From NCBI GenBank assembly GCA_035304545.1, contig DATGPV010000050.1, forward strand, positions 6,773 to 70,772: 64,000 nt of DNA. Direction: 5' to 3'. The notes under the pieces are model-generated. The model saw only the letters and a list, made by a program, of their open reading frames with translations, was not told where the DNA came from and made no database searches. Position 1 is the first letter of the stretch, and every line of letters begins with the position of its first letter. The position numbers and the translations under genes are program-made. Of this stretch, positions 1 through 11,058 are shown piece after piece. Source of the stretch: Limnochordales bacterium. GTDB lineage: Bacteria; Bacillota; Limnochordia; Limnochordales; ZCTH02-B6.

Positions 1-376
1 CGGTCACTTCTTCGGGGACGGACTGGAAAAGCTCTTCCAAGGACTGCAGGAGGTCGTTGGCCAAGCGCATGGCGGTGCGCTGGTGGGCGGGCAGCAGCAT
101 GGCCAGGTCCAGCAGTTCGTTGTACATCTTGGTCATGACCCAGACCAGGATGGAGCCGACGACGACCACCAAGAGGATGAGGGTCACGGCCGCCGCCACC
201 GGCCGCGGCAGCCGCAGGCGCTGCTCCATGGCGGTCACAGTGGGATCGATCAGGTTGGCGACGACAAAGGCGATCAGAAACGGGGCCAGGGCCGTGAGGA
301 GCGGACCGCGGAGGACGACCGCGAGGGCCAAGACGGCGATGAGGGCGACCTTGCGGTAGTTGACGGCGACGGCCAC
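1..376 (-). CDS. AI-2E family transporter / YtvI-like integral membrane protein (N-terminal part only; gene runs off window start)
   Basis: Own minus-strand translation from GTG at 376: VAVAVNYRKVALIAVLALAVVLRGPLLTALAPFLIAFVVANLIDPTVTAMEQRLRLPRPVAAAVTLILLVVVVGS... This is the TM pair plus 'LPR' loop typical of PerM/AI-2E proteins. GGGGAGGG RBS about 10 nt upstream. Absent from the ORF track because there is no stop in the window. Confidence 0.6.
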   Translation of the reverse strand, partial: MAVAVNYRKVALIAVLALAVVLRGPLLTALAPFLIAFVVANLIDPTVTAMEQRLRLPRPVAAAVTLILLVVVVGSILVWVMTKMYNELLDLAMLLPAHQRTAMRLANDLLQSLEELFQSVPEEVT

Positions 377-411
377 GGCACGGCGGCCCTCCCCAGTGAT
401 TGCTGGGACCC

Positions 412-420
412 ATTATACCA
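412..420 (-). promoter_or_regulatory. Extended -10 promoter element (TGGTATAAT on minus strand) for the AI-2E transporter gene
   Basis: Plus-strand attatacca at 412-420 is TGGTATAAT on the minus strand. It lies about 20 nt upstream of the GGGGAGGG RBS. No good -35. Confidence 0.4.
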
Positions 421-438
421 CACAGAAGGGGATGGCAG

Positions 439-1119
439 ATGGCGCGCGGGTTAGTGCCGGTGTTGCGCAACTACTTCATTACCGGGGTGTTGGTTTCCCT
501 GCCGCTGGCGGTGACGGTGTGGGTGCTGTGGTTTGTGTTCAGCACCGTGGAAACCTCCCTGGGCACCCTGGTCGCGTGGCTCATCGGCCTCGTCGTGGGT
601 GAACCCGTCCACATTCCCGGCGCCGGCCTGGTCCTCACCGTGGTGGCGCTGCTGCTGGTGGGCATGATCGCCACCAACGTGGTGGGGCGCCGGCTGGTGG
701 CAGCGGGTGAGCGCATCTTGATGATGTTCCCCATCGTCCGGCCCATCTACGGCGGCGTCAAACAGGTGATCGAAGCCTTTGGCGTCAAGCGCAGCTCCTT
801 CCGGGAAGTGGTTCTGTTGCAATATCCCCGGCCTGGCCTGTACGCCTTGGGATTCGTCACCAACGAAGGGCGCGGGCAGTTGGCGGCCCCCTTTTCCGAA
901 CCGGTGAAAACCGTGTTCGTGCCCACGGTGCCCAACCCGACGTCGGGGTTTTTCATCGTGGCCCCGGAGCGGGAGTTGATCCCCCTGGACATGAGCCCGG
1001 AGGAGGCCTTCAAGATGGTCCTATCGGGCGGCGTGCTGCTGCCCAACGGCGACGAGGAGGTGCCCGCCGTGGCGGTCCCGGACGCGGCGGGCGGCCAGGC
1101 CGGCGGGCGGGACGGGTGA
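439..1119 (+). CDS. DUF502 domain-containing membrane protein
   Basis: ORF 400..1119. MARGLVPVLRNYFITGVLVSLPLAVTVWVLWFVFSTVE... plus the PIVRPIYGGVKQV motif are typical of DUF502. I prefer ATG 439 (AGAAGGGGA RBS); the TTG at 400 would overlap the divergent promoter. Confidence 0.7.
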   Translation: MARGLVPVLRNYFITGVLVSLPLAVTVWVLWFVFSTVETSLGTLVAWLIGLVVGEPVHIPGAGLVLTVVALLLVGMIATNVVGRRLVAAGERILMMFPIVRPIYGGVKQVIEAFGVKRSSFREVVLLQYPRPGLYALGFVTNEGRGQLAAPFSEPVKTVFVPTVPNPTSGFFIVAPERELIPLDMSPEEAFKMVLSGGVLLPNGDEEVPAVAVPDAAGGQAGGRDG

Positions 1120-1133
1120 GGGCGCGGCTCCCC

Positions 1134-2339
1134 TCAGCGCCGGCCCCTTAAGAGAGCCACGGTGTCCTGGGCGATGACCAGCTCCTCGTCGGCGGGGATG
1201 ACGAAGACCCGCACGGCGGCGCCGGGGGCAGAGATTTCGGCTTCACCCGCGGCCTGGGCGTTGGCGGCTTCGTCCAGGCGCACGCCCAGGTAGGTGAGGC
1301 CCCGGCACACCTGCTGCCGCAGGCGGGGCGAGTGCTCGCCGATGCCCGCGGTGAACGCGATGGCGTCCACGCCGTTCATGGCCGCGGCATACGCGCCGAT
1401 GTACTTGCGCACCCGGTACTCGTACATGTCAAAGGCCAGCCGCGCCCGCTCATCGCCGGCGTCCATGGCCGCCTCGATGTCCCGCATGTCGCCGGACACG
1501 CCCGAAATGCCCTTAAGACCGCTGTGCCGGTTAAGGAGGGCGTTGAGCTCCGGCAGGCTCAAGTCCTCGTGGTCCATCAAAAAGAGCAGGGCGCCCGGGT
1601 CGATGTCGCCGGAGCGGGTGCCCATCATCAGCCCCTCCACCGGTGTAAATCCCATGGAAGTATCGATGGAGACGCCCGCTTGGATCGCGGCCACGCTGGC
1701 GCCGTTGCCCAGGTGGCAAGAGATGATCCGCAGGTCGCTGGCGGGGCGGCCCATCAGGTGGGCCACCCGGCGGGCCACGTACTGATGGGAGATGCCGTGG
1801 AAACCGTACCGCCGGATCCGGTAGCGCTCGTACAGCTCGTAGGGGATCCCGTAAAGGTACGCGTGGGGCGGCATGCGGGCGTGCAGGGCGGTGTCAAACA
1901 CCGCCACCTGGGGAGCGTGGGGCAGGAGGGCCTCCGCGGCTTCGATGCCCGCCAAGTTATGGGGATTGTGCAGGGGCGCCAAGTCGCTGAGCTGCCGCAA
2001 GGCTTCCTTGACCGCGGGCGTGACCACCACCGCTTCCCGGAAAGCCTCGCCGCCGTGGACGACCCGGTGGCCCACGGCCTCCACCGCGCGGGGATCGAAC
2101 CCTTGGCCCGATGGGTCCCCCAGCATGCCCAGGCACAGCTGGATGGCCTCATGGTGGTGAAACACGGGGCGGGTGGCCTGCCGCGTGTCGCCGCCCTGGC
2201 GGTGGGTGATGATGGCGGTGTCGGTGCCGATGCGCTCGACGCGGCCCTGGGCCAGCACCGTGGGGGCACCGCCGGGCGCCATGTCAAAGAGCTTGTACTT
2301 CACCGACGAGCTGCCGCAATTGAGCACAAAGACCTTCAC
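1134..2339 (-). CDS. ackA: Acetate kinase
   Basis: ORF 1134..2471. VKVFVLNCGSSSVKYKLFDM N-terminus, HRVVHGG, FDTAFH-like (FDTALH), GFHGISH, IISCHLGNGASV and EHS motifs. Start moved to GTG 2339, about 401 aa as usual for AckA. Confidence 0.95.
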   Translation of the reverse strand: MKVFVLNCGSSSVKYKLFDMAPGGAPTVLAQGRVERIGTDTAIITHRQGGDTRQATRPVFHHHEAIQLCLGMLGDPSGQGFDPRAVEAVGHRVVHGGEAFREAVVVTPAVKEALRQLSDLAPLHNPHNLAGIEAAEALLPHAPQVAVFDTALHARMPPHAYLYGIPYELYERYRIRRYGFHGISHQYVARRVAHLMGRPASDLRIISCHLGNGASVAAIQAGVSIDTSMGFTPVEGLMMGTRSGDIDPGALLFLMDHEDLSLPELNALLNRHSGLKGISGVSGDMRDIEAAMDAGDERARLAFDMYEYRVRKYIGAYAAAMNGVDAIAFTAGIGEHSPRLRQQVCRGLTYLGVRLDEAANAQAAGEAEISAPGAAVRVFVIPADEELVIAQDTVALLRGRR

Positions 2340-2508
2340 CCGGCGGGTTTCCCTCCCCGCTGGCCGGGCTTGGGCGGGAGACAGGAGCGGCGGGGCCGCC
2401 CGGCGAACCTCCCCATGCACCGGCCTTTTGTGACATTCGAGCCCGGGCCGTTGCCTCCCTCCCGGGTCCACGGGCCGGCGCCCAGTTGCGCAAAGGAGTG
2501 GAGCTCTG

Positions 2509-3801
2509 TTGGACGTGCAGCCCTTCCGCGGCCTTCGCTACAACGCCGGGGCCGTCGACATGGAAGCGGTGGTGGCCCCGCCCTACGACGTCATCGACGC
2601 GGCGGAGCGGGATCGCCTGGCCGCCCGCAGCCCCTACAATATCGTTCGCGTCGACCTGGCCAATGATGGGTATGACCAGGCCGCGGCCCGCCTGGACCAG
2701 TGGCGGGCCACGGGCGTGCTGGAGCAGGAGGCCCGCCCGGCTTTTTATGCCTACCGCCAGGCCTACCGGGGACCGGCGGGCGAGGAGCTGGTGCGGTGGG
2801 GCCTCACCGGGATGGTGCGGGTCGCGGCCTACCGCGAAGGAATCGTGTTTCCCCACGAGCGCACCCTGCCCAAGCCCCGGGAAGACCGGCTCAACCTGCT
2901 GCGGGCGACCCGCACCCACTTGAGCCCCGTTTTTGGCCTCCATTTTGACGCCACCGCCAGTTTGGACGACGTGCTGGCCGGGGCGTGCCAGGGTCCGCCG
3001 GCCATCGCCATCACCGATCAGGACGGGGTTGACCACCGCCTGTGGGTGCTGACGGATCCTGACCTGCTGACGGCCGTCCGGACCGCCCTAGGCCCGGCCC
3101 GCATCGTCATCGCCGACGGCCATCACCGCTACGAAACCGCCCTCGCGTTCCGGGACGAGCAGCGCGAGCGGGTGGGCGACGACCCCGCGGCGCCCTGGAA
3201 CTACGTGATGATGGTGCTGGTGGACCTGAACTCCCGGGGCTTGACGGTGCTGGCCACCCACCGCATCCTGCGCCAGACTCCCCTGTCGGCCGCGGACTTG
3301 GTCCACCGGCTGGAGGGCGCCTTTGCCCTCGCGCCCGTCGACTTGGCGGGGCAGAACGCAGCCGGCGCGTTGCTGGCGGCCCTGGAGGCCCTGGGCCCGG
3401 AGCCGGGCTTTGCCGTCTACACCGGCGGCGGCCGGGGCTGGCTGGCCCGCCTCGCGGATCATAAGGCCTGGAACGCCGTCACCGCGGGCAAGCCCGATCC
3501 GTGGCGGGGCTTGGACGTGACGGTCCTGCACGAGCTGGCCCTGCCCCGGGCCGCCGGGCTGGATGCGGAAGCCCAAGGCTCGGGCACCTACCTGGGCTAC
3601 ACCCGGGACGCGGCGGAGGCGGTGGCGGCCGTGGACAGCGGCCAGGGGCAGGCGGCCTTCCTGGTGCGGCCGACGCCCGCGGCCGCGGTCCGGGACATCG
3701 CCCTGGCCGGCTTCAGCATGCCCCAAAAGTCCACGTACTTTTACCCCAAGCTGCTCACGGGGCTTGTGCTGGCGCCGCTGGACACCCCGGTGGGGCTTTG
3801 A
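2509..3801 (+). CDS. DUF1015 domain-containing protein
   Basis: MDVQPFRGLRYN... N-terminus and IADGHHRYETAL motif, characteristic of DUF1015. AAAGGAGTGGAG RBS. Confidence 0.75.
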   Translation: MDVQPFRGLRYNAGAVDMEAVVAPPYDVIDAAERDRLAARSPYNIVRVDLANDGYDQAAARLDQWRATGVLEQEARPAFYAYRQAYRGPAGEELVRWGLTGMVRVAAYREGIVFPHERTLPKPREDRLNLLRATRTHLSPVFGLHFDATASLDDVLAGACQGPPAIAITDQDGVDHRLWVLTDPDLLTAVRTALGPARIVIADGHHRYETALAFRDEQRERVGDDPAAPWNYVMMVLVDLNSRGLTVLATHRILRQTPLSAADLVHRLEGAFALAPVDLAGQNAAGALLAALEALGPEPGFAVYTGGGRGWLARLADHKAWNAVTAGKPDPWRGLDVTVLHELALPRAAGLDAEAQGSGTYLGYTRDAAEAVAAVDSGQGQAAFLVRPTPAAAVRDIALAGFSMPQKSTYFYPKLLTGLVLAPLDTPVGL

Positions 3802-3806
3802 TATAA

Positions 3807-5309
<1,503 letters not shown>

Positions 5310-5353
5310 GGGAAGGCGGCCCGCCGGCCATCCGCGACAGTCTCCTCAATCCG

Positions 5354-6052
5354 TTGGCCGTCTACCTGTTGGCCATGGTCTTGGTCCCGTGGCTCGCAGC
5401 GGGCGTGCTGCGGGCCGCGGTCCCCGACGCGGGCATGCCCGGGCCGGTGCGGGAGGCGGCCCTCACCGGCGGCGTCCTCCTGGTCCAGGGCGTCGCCCTT
5501 ATTGGTTTCACCGTGGGCCATGTGCTGGGCCCCCGGGGCTTGGGCCTGCCGCCGGCGGCCCTGGGCCTGTCGCCCGTGGAGTGGCGGGCGGGAGCGGGGT
5601 TGGGGCTGGTGGGCGGCCTGGGGCTGGTGCTCATCAACGTCCTGGGGTCCCGGGCGGCGGTGGCTGCCTTTCGGGTGCTCCTGGGCGAGGAGGGGCTGGC
5701 CCGGCAGTTGGCCCGGGAACGGGCCGCCATCACCGATCTCTTTCAACTGGACCTGCCCCTGCCCGTGCTCCTGCTGCTGCTTTTGGCATCGGTGGTCATG
5801 GCCCCCGTCTCCGAGGAAATCTTTTTCCGCGGCTACGTCCACGGCGTGCTCCGGGCCCGGCTGGGCGCGGGTGCGGCCTACGTGAGCGCCGCGGCCTTCG
5901 CGGCGGCCCACATGTACCTGGTGCATTTCCTGCCCCTGTTTCTCATGGGCATTCTCCTGGCCCGGCTCTACGAGCGGGGCGGGACCCTGGTGGCGCCGGT
6001 GCTGGCCCACGCGGTGGTCAACCTGGTGGTGGCCCTGAGCCTGCGGCTGTAG
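5354..6052 (+). CDS. CPBP family intramembrane glutamic endopeptidase (CAAX protease-like)
   Basis: Polytopic membrane protein with the EEIFFRGY motif and a later H-containing helix (AAAHMY...HAVVN), the CPBP signature. Confidence 0.8.
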   Translation: MAVYLLAMVLVPWLAAGVLRAAVPDAGMPGPVREAALTGGVLLVQGVALIGFTVGHVLGPRGLGLPPAALGLSPVEWRAGAGLGLVGGLGLVLINVLGSRAAVAAFRVLLGEEGLARQLARERAAITDLFQLDLPLPVLLLLLLASVVMAPVSEEIFFRGYVHGVLRARLGAGAAYVSAAAFAAAHMYLVHFLPLFLMGILLARLYERGGTLVAPVLAHAVVNLVVALSLRL

Positions 6053-6375
6053 TCTCCGGCTGGGCGGGGGATCGCGGCGCGCGGGAACCCATGGCGGCCT
6101 GGCGGCATACGTTGTCCTCGATGACGCACGCACCGCAAGCGGCCTAGCGTCAGGGGGGTGGCCAGGACGAGTCTTTTTCTCGCCTTCCTGCTGGGGGTTA
6201 CCCTGGTCCTCTTAGTGCTGGCGGTCACCGACATCCAGTGGCCGCCCCGCCGCCGGCGCCGGCCGGGCCCGCCTTTCCCGTGAGCTTGGCCGCTGGCAGG
6301 AGACCGCCCCGCGGGGACCGAAAGTTTCGGCCAGCGGCCGGGGCTCCGCCGTGGCCGTTGAGGTGACCGGACGAG

Positions 6376-8073
6376 TTGGCGCTGCGCCTTAAGACTTGGG
6401 AAGCCTACACCCCCGCCGCGGCCCGGCGGGTTCTTTCTGATCTTGGGATGGAAAGCCGCGGGTGGATCGCCGATCTGCCCCCTGGCGCGCATCACGTTGC
6501 GTTCCTGCAGGGTGGTTTCGGGGACGCGCTGGCTTGGCTGGCTGCCGCGGTGGAGCAGCGGGGCGGCCTGGCCCGCCGCCTGGGGGACGCGTGGGTGCTC
6601 GCGGCCAGCCTGGGCACTTGGTGGCACGGCCTTGCCACCTTGCGCGCGCCCGGTGGGCCGCCCGGCGGGGGAGAGCTGGCCCGGCAGGTGGCCCAGTCCC
6701 TGGCCGCCGACGGGGGCAGCCCCGCCGCGGACATGCCCTGCCGGGATCTCCTGTTGCCCATCGGGCGCCGCACTGCAATCATGGGCGTGCTCAACGTGAC
6801 GCCCGATTCCTTTTCCGACGGCGGGCGCCACCTGGAGCCGCGCGCAGCCGTGGCCCGGGCTCGGGAAATGGTGGCCCAGGGGGCCGACGTCCTAGACATC
6901 GGCGGCGAGTCGACCCGCCCCGGCGCGCGGCCGGTGGCCGCGGCGGAGGAGCTGGAGCGGGTGCTGCCGGTGGTGGAGCAGCTGGCCGGCCGGATGGCGG
7001 TGCCCATCTCCATTGACACCACCAAGGCGGCCGTGGCCCGGCAAGCCCTGGCCGCGGGCGCCCACATCATCAACGACATCAGCGCCTTGCGCTTTGATCC
7101 CGAGATGGCTGCGGTGGCCGCCGCCTACGACGCGCCGGTGGTGCTCATGCACATGCAGGGCACGCCCGCGGACATGCAGGCCAACCCGGTGTACCAAGCG
7201 GTGGTGCCGGAGATCCTCGACTTTCTCGACGGGGCCATCGCGCGGGCGGTGGCGGCCGGCATCCGGCGGGAACGCATCCTGGTGGACCCCGGGATCGGTT
7301 TCGGCAAAAACTTGGACCACAATCTCCAGATCCTGCGGGAGCTTTCTGCCTTCCGGCTCACGGGCTGTCCCGTGCTGCTGGGGCCGTCCCGCAAGACTTT
7401 CATCGGCCAACTCCTCCACTTGCCGCCCGGGGAGCGGGTGGAAGGCACCGGAGCCGCCGTGGCCCTCGGCATCGCCCACGGCGCCGCGATGGTCCGAGTG
7501 CACGACGTGGAGGCCATGCGGCGCACGGCGCGGGTGGCCGACGCCATCGTCCGGGACTACCGCCCGGTCCGGGCCTTCTTGAGCCTGGGCGCGAATGTGG
7601 GCGATCCTGTGGCCCAGCTGCGGGAGGCGGTGGACCGCCTAGGCCGGCTGCCGGGCACCCGGGTGGTGCGCTGCTCGTCGGTGTACCGCACCGCGCCCGT
7701 CGGCCCCGTGCCCCAGGACTGGTTTTTCAACCTAGTGGTCGAGGTGGCCACGGACCTGGATCCCGTGCGCCTGGTCAAGGAAGGCTTGCGCATCGAGGCG
7801 GAGATGGGGCGGGAGCGGCGGGTGCGCTGGGGCCCGCGGCTGATCGACATCGACCTCATTCTTTACGGGGACGAAACGGTGGACCGCCCCGACTGCCGGG
7901 TGCCCCACCCCGAGAGCCACCGGCGGCGCTTCGTGCTGGCGCCCCTGGTGGAACTGGACCCCGCCGTCCGATGGCGGGGGCGGTCGGCGGCGGAGCACCT
8001 GGCACAGCTGCCCGCCGGCCAGGCCGTGGAGGCATGGGGCCCCTTGGCGCCCCTAGGGCAGGGCCCCGCGTGA
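6376..8073 (+). CDS. folP/folK: Fused dihydropteroate synthase + 6-hydroxymethyl-dihydropterin pyrophosphokinase, with about 120-aa N-terminal extension domain
   Basis: DHPS core IMGVLNVTPDSFSDGG...DIGGESTRPG...INDIS...DPGIGFGK. It is followed directly by the HPPK core AFLSLGANVGD...YRTAPVG...PRLIDIDLILYGD...VPHP. The N-terminal roughly 120 aa resemble the extension seen on clostridial DHPS proteins. GAGGTGA RBS before TTG 6376. Confidence 0.9.
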   Translation: MALRLKTWEAYTPAAARRVLSDLGMESRGWIADLPPGAHHVAFLQGGFGDALAWLAAAVEQRGGLARRLGDAWVLAASLGTWWHGLATLRAPGGPPGGGELARQVAQSLAADGGSPAADMPCRDLLLPIGRRTAIMGVLNVTPDSFSDGGRHLEPRAAVARAREMVAQGADVLDIGGESTRPGARPVAAAEELERVLPVVEQLAGRMAVPISIDTTKAAVARQALAAGAHIINDISALRFDPEMAAVAAAYDAPVVLMHMQGTPADMQANPVYQAVVPEILDFLDGAIARAVAAGIRRERILVDPGIGFGKNLDHNLQILRELSAFRLTGCPVLLGPSRKTFIGQLLHLPPGERVEGTGAAVALGIAHGAAMVRVHDVEAMRRTARVADAIVRDYRPVRAFLSLGANVGDPVAQLREAVDRLGRLPGTRVVRCSSVYRTAPVGPVPQDWFFNLVVEVATDLDPVRLVKEGLRIEAEMGRERRVRWGPRLIDIDLILYGDETVDRPDCRVPHPESHRRRFVLAPLVELDPAVRWRGRSAAEHLAQLPAGQAVEAWGPLAPLGQGPA

Positions 8074-8113
8074 TCCGGCTCGGCGCAGGGAGGCGGCCCC
8101 GACGGGGCATGGG

Positions 8114-8434
8114 TCAGATCTTGTGAAACTGGTCCACATCCAGCACCCATACGGTGGCGCCGCCGGACTCGATTTCCATAGGCATGGCCACTGAGGTGGG
8201 AATCTCGGCCGGGGTCTGGGGCAGGAGCTTCTTGCGCCGGACGCACACGCGCCGGATGATCCGCAGCACGTCGTCCACTTGCTGGTCGGCCACGCCGATG
8301 AGCAGGGTGGTGTTGCCCCGCAAGAGAAACCCGCCGGTGCTGGCCAGTTTCGTCGCGCTGAAGTTGTTGTCGATGAGCGCGTCCATGAGGACGGTGGCGT
8401 CGTCGTCTTCCACGACGGCCAGGATCAGCTTCAT
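8114..8434 (-). CDS. darA: Cyclic-di-AMP receptor protein DarA/PstA (YaaQ, PII-like)
   Basis: MKLILAVVEDDDATVLMDALIDNNFSATKLASTGGFLLRGNTTLLIGV...GGATVWVLDVDQFHKI aligns along its whole length with B. subtilis YaaQ as I recall it. Start moved to the internal ATG (8434). Confidence 0.9.
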   Translation of the reverse strand: MKLILAVVEDDDATVLMDALIDNNFSATKLASTGGFLLRGNTTLLIGVADQQVDDVLRIIRRVCVRRKKLLPQTPAEIPTSVAMPMEIESGGATVWVLDVDQFHKI

Positions 8435-8654
8435 CAGGGGGACCCCCTTCGGGCTGTCTGTGTCCGATCTATTGCCCACGGGGGCGCGATTTCCTTTTTC
8501 CTGTGGGGAAACGAGGCGGGCAACGGTGCCTGGCCGCCGGCAGGTACAGTAAAGGCGGGCAAACTTCTCACCGTTGCGGCATCATTGTGTCCGCGGCCGG
8601 CGGGGCGTTATACGCCCGCAGGGAAACCGGGTGGCGGGCAGGAGGTGACAGGAG

Positions 8655-9023
8655 ATGCGCTGGCTGGGGATCACCGCCGCGGTGGTCACCCTCATCGCCG
8701 TGGCAATGAACTCCCTTTGGTTTGTCCGCCGGGGCCTGGGCCTTGGCGGGTTTGTCTCCATGGTGTGGCCGGTGGCCTTGGCCACCGCGGGCGTGGTCGG
8801 TTTCGCGCTGGTGCTGGGCTTTGTGTCGGTGCGGGCCATGAACCGGTCGGGCGGCCATGACGCCGCCAGCCCCGGGGCGGAGCGGGGTGCGGCTGACCTT
8901 CCCGAGAGGGCGGGCGCTGACCCCGGCCGGGGGTCGGCCCGCCCTCCCGGGAGCGCCGGCGACCACCGCCACCAGGGCGGTGCGGGCGGGGACGGCCCCC
9001 CGCCGGGAACGAAAAGGAACTGA
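8655..9023 (+). CDS. Hypothetical membrane protein (3 predicted TM helices, Gly/Pro/Arg-rich tail)
   Basis: Strong GGAGGTGACAGGAG RBS just before ATG 8655 and a hydrophobic N-terminal two thirds. No recognisable family. Confidence 0.45.
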   Translation: MRWLGITAAVVTLIAVAMNSLWFVRRGLGLGGFVSMVWPVALATAGVVGFALVLGFVSVRAMNRSGGHDAASPGAERGAADLPERAGADPGRGSARPPGSAGDHRHQGGAGGDGPPPGTKRN

Positions 9024-9088
9024 CAAGGAATTGACTGCCGGGGGCGGAATCGATCCCGTTGGGGTGCTGCCGCTTGCATGCCTTGAAG

Positions 9089-11026
9089 ATGACCGTCCCC
9101 GACGAGCTCGCCCATCCTGGCATTTACTATCCTACGGGCAACGAGTATGTGGCCTTGCCCTTGATCAATGAGCGGGGGGCCATCGAGGGCCTCAACGTGC
9201 TGCACATGGGCTGCAAGGGGCTGTTGGAGTTGGGCGGCGGCCCCGCGGCGCCGCTGTTGGCCCCGGTGGTCATGGTGGGCCAGCAGGAAATGGCCTTTGC
9301 GGACATCGCCTGGCAGCGCCACGAGCACTGGGTGCCCTATTTCACCGCCCGGGGAGGCGGCCTGCGGGTGACGGGCACCATCTGCGCCCCGCCGGGGCAC
9401 CGGGGCTTCGTCTTCATCCTGGAAGCGGAAAACTTGAGCGGCACGCCCTTGGACCTGCGCTGGGGCTGGCGGGGCGCCTTGGGCGTGGCCCGCCAGGCAG
9501 TCTACCGGTCCCGGCCCCTGGTGGGGCGCCGCGTGGCGTGGTACGACCGCTGGACCGACACCTTAGCCCTCGAGGCCGCGGCCGGCCCCGCGGCGGCGGC
9601 CATGGCCGTGGGCGGCGACCGGCCCCTGGCGGAGTTGGGGTGGTTTTTGGGCCGGGCGCCGACGCCGGCGGACGCCTTCTTGGCGGCCCTGTCCCGGCGG
9701 GGCGGGCCCCAGATGGAACAGGCCCTGCGGGAGGACAACGAAACCGGCCAACCCCTGCACTTCGCCGTGGCCCACCAGCAGTCGCTGCCGCCGGGAGCCC
9801 GGGCCCAAATCCAGCTGTATGTGGCCGTCAGCGCCGAAGGGGACGGGGCCTGCACCACGGTGGTGGACCTGCAGCGGCGGGGCGCGGCGGCCCTGGTGCA
9901 AGAGGCCCGCCGCTGGCTGACGGAACGGCTGCGGCCGGTGCCGGACACCGCCTTAAGCGAAAGGCTTAACCTCAACTTATGGTTCAACTATTTCTTTGCC
10001 GCCGGGCGCACCATCGACACCGAAGAGCTGGTCATGGTCACCTCCCGCTCGCCCCGGTACTACGTGAGCGCCGCCTTTTGGGCCCGGGACGCGTTTTTGT
10101 GGAGCTTTCCCGGCGCGCTGCTGACCGACCCCCAACGGGCCCGGGAGATGGTGCTGGCGGGTTTCGGCCGCTACTTGGCCAACGCCGGCGTCCACAGCCT
10201 TTACATCGACGGCACCGTGCTGTACCCCGGTTTTGAGCTGGACGAGCTGTGCGCGTACCTCCTGGCCCTGGAGCAGTACGTGCGGGCCACCGAAGACTGG
10301 GGCATTCTGGAGGAAACCGGCCTGGGGAGCCACCGGCGGGTCTTTGACGGCGTCGCGTGGCTGGAGCAGCGGCTGGAGCAGCAGCGCCACCCGGAGCGGG
10401 GGCTGTACGCGACATTCTTGTCGCCCACCGACGATCCGGTGACCCACCCGTACCTAACCTACAACAACGCCTTGGCGTGGCGGGCGTGGCGGGCCCTGGC
10501 GCCCCTTAAGCGGCACCGGGGCGACAGCCTGGGGGAGTGGCGGGCCAACCAGCGGGCGGCCCAAGTGCGGGAGACGGTGCGGCGCCACTGCGTGGTGGAC
10601 GGTCCCCGGGGGCCTATGTTCGCGTGGGCCCTGGACGACCGGCGCCGGGCCCAACTGTTGGATCAGCCCCCCGGCAGCCTGCAGCTTTTGGCCTATTACG
10701 GTTTTTGCGAAGAAGACGATCCGGTGTACCTCAACACGGTGGCCTGGATTCATTCCACCGACAACCCTGACTACGTGGCTGGCGCCTTTGCCGGCCCGGC
10801 TTGTCCCCACGCCCCCCACCCGTGGCCGCTGTCGGCGGCCTACGATCTCCTGGTGGGTCCCCACCAGGAACGGGGGCTGAACTTTTTCCGGCGCGCGGCC
10901 ATGGACAACGGCTTGGCCTGCGAAACGGTGGACCGGGACACGGGCCAGGTAAAGACGGGAGCCGCCTTTGCGTCGGCGGCGGGTTTCATCGGCTACGCGT
11001 TGTACCGTGCTCTGGCCCGTGAATAA
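9089..11026 (+). CDS. Putative glycoside hydrolase, GH125/DUF1237-like (alpha/alpha)6-barrel with N-terminal extension
   Basis: Segments FELDELCAYLLAL, FLSPTDDPVTHPYLTYNNALAWRA, LLDQPPGSLQLLAYYGF, NPDYVAGAFAGPACPHAPHPWPLS and NGLACETVD line up with the conserved blocks of metal-independent alpha-mannosidase-like GH125 proteins as I remember them. Start uncertain (TTG 9059 or ATG 9089). Confidence 0.5.
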   Translation: MTVPDELAHPGIYYPTGNEYVALPLINERGAIEGLNVLHMGCKGLLELGGGPAAPLLAPVVMVGQQEMAFADIAWQRHEHWVPYFTARGGGLRVTGTICAPPGHRGFVFILEAENLSGTPLDLRWGWRGALGVARQAVYRSRPLVGRRVAWYDRWTDTLALEAAAGPAAAAMAVGGDRPLAELGWFLGRAPTPADAFLAALSRRGGPQMEQALREDNETGQPLHFAVAHQQSLPPGARAQIQLYVAVSAEGDGACTTVVDLQRRGAAALVQEARRWLTERLRPVPDTALSERLNLNLWFNYFFAAGRTIDTEELVMVTSRSPRYYVSAAFWARDAFLWSFPGALLTDPQRAREMVLAGFGRYLANAGVHSLYIDGTVLYPGFELDELCAYLLALEQYVRATEDWGILEETGLGSHRRVFDGVAWLEQRLEQQRHPERGLYATFLSPTDDPVTHPYLTYNNALAWRAWRALAPLKRHRGDSLGEWRANQRAAQVRETVRRHCVVDGPRGPMFAWALDDRRRAQLLDQPPGSLQLLAYYGFCEEDDPVYLNTVAWIHSTDNPDYVAGAFAGPACPHAPHPWPLSAAYDLLVGPHQERGLNFFRRAAMDNGLACETVDRDTGQVKTGAAFASAAGFIGYALYRALARE

Positions 11027-11058
11027 GCTTTACCGAAACGGGTTGGAGGTGCGGCACA

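Noticed and set aside
6158-6283. 41-codon ORF encoding a single-TM peptide (VARTSLFLAFLLGVTLVLLVLAVTDIQW...) between the CPBP gene and folP
   Set aside because: It is hydrophobic and plausible, but the G-run RBS abuts the GTG with no spacing. Nothing else supports it, so it is not reported as a feature.
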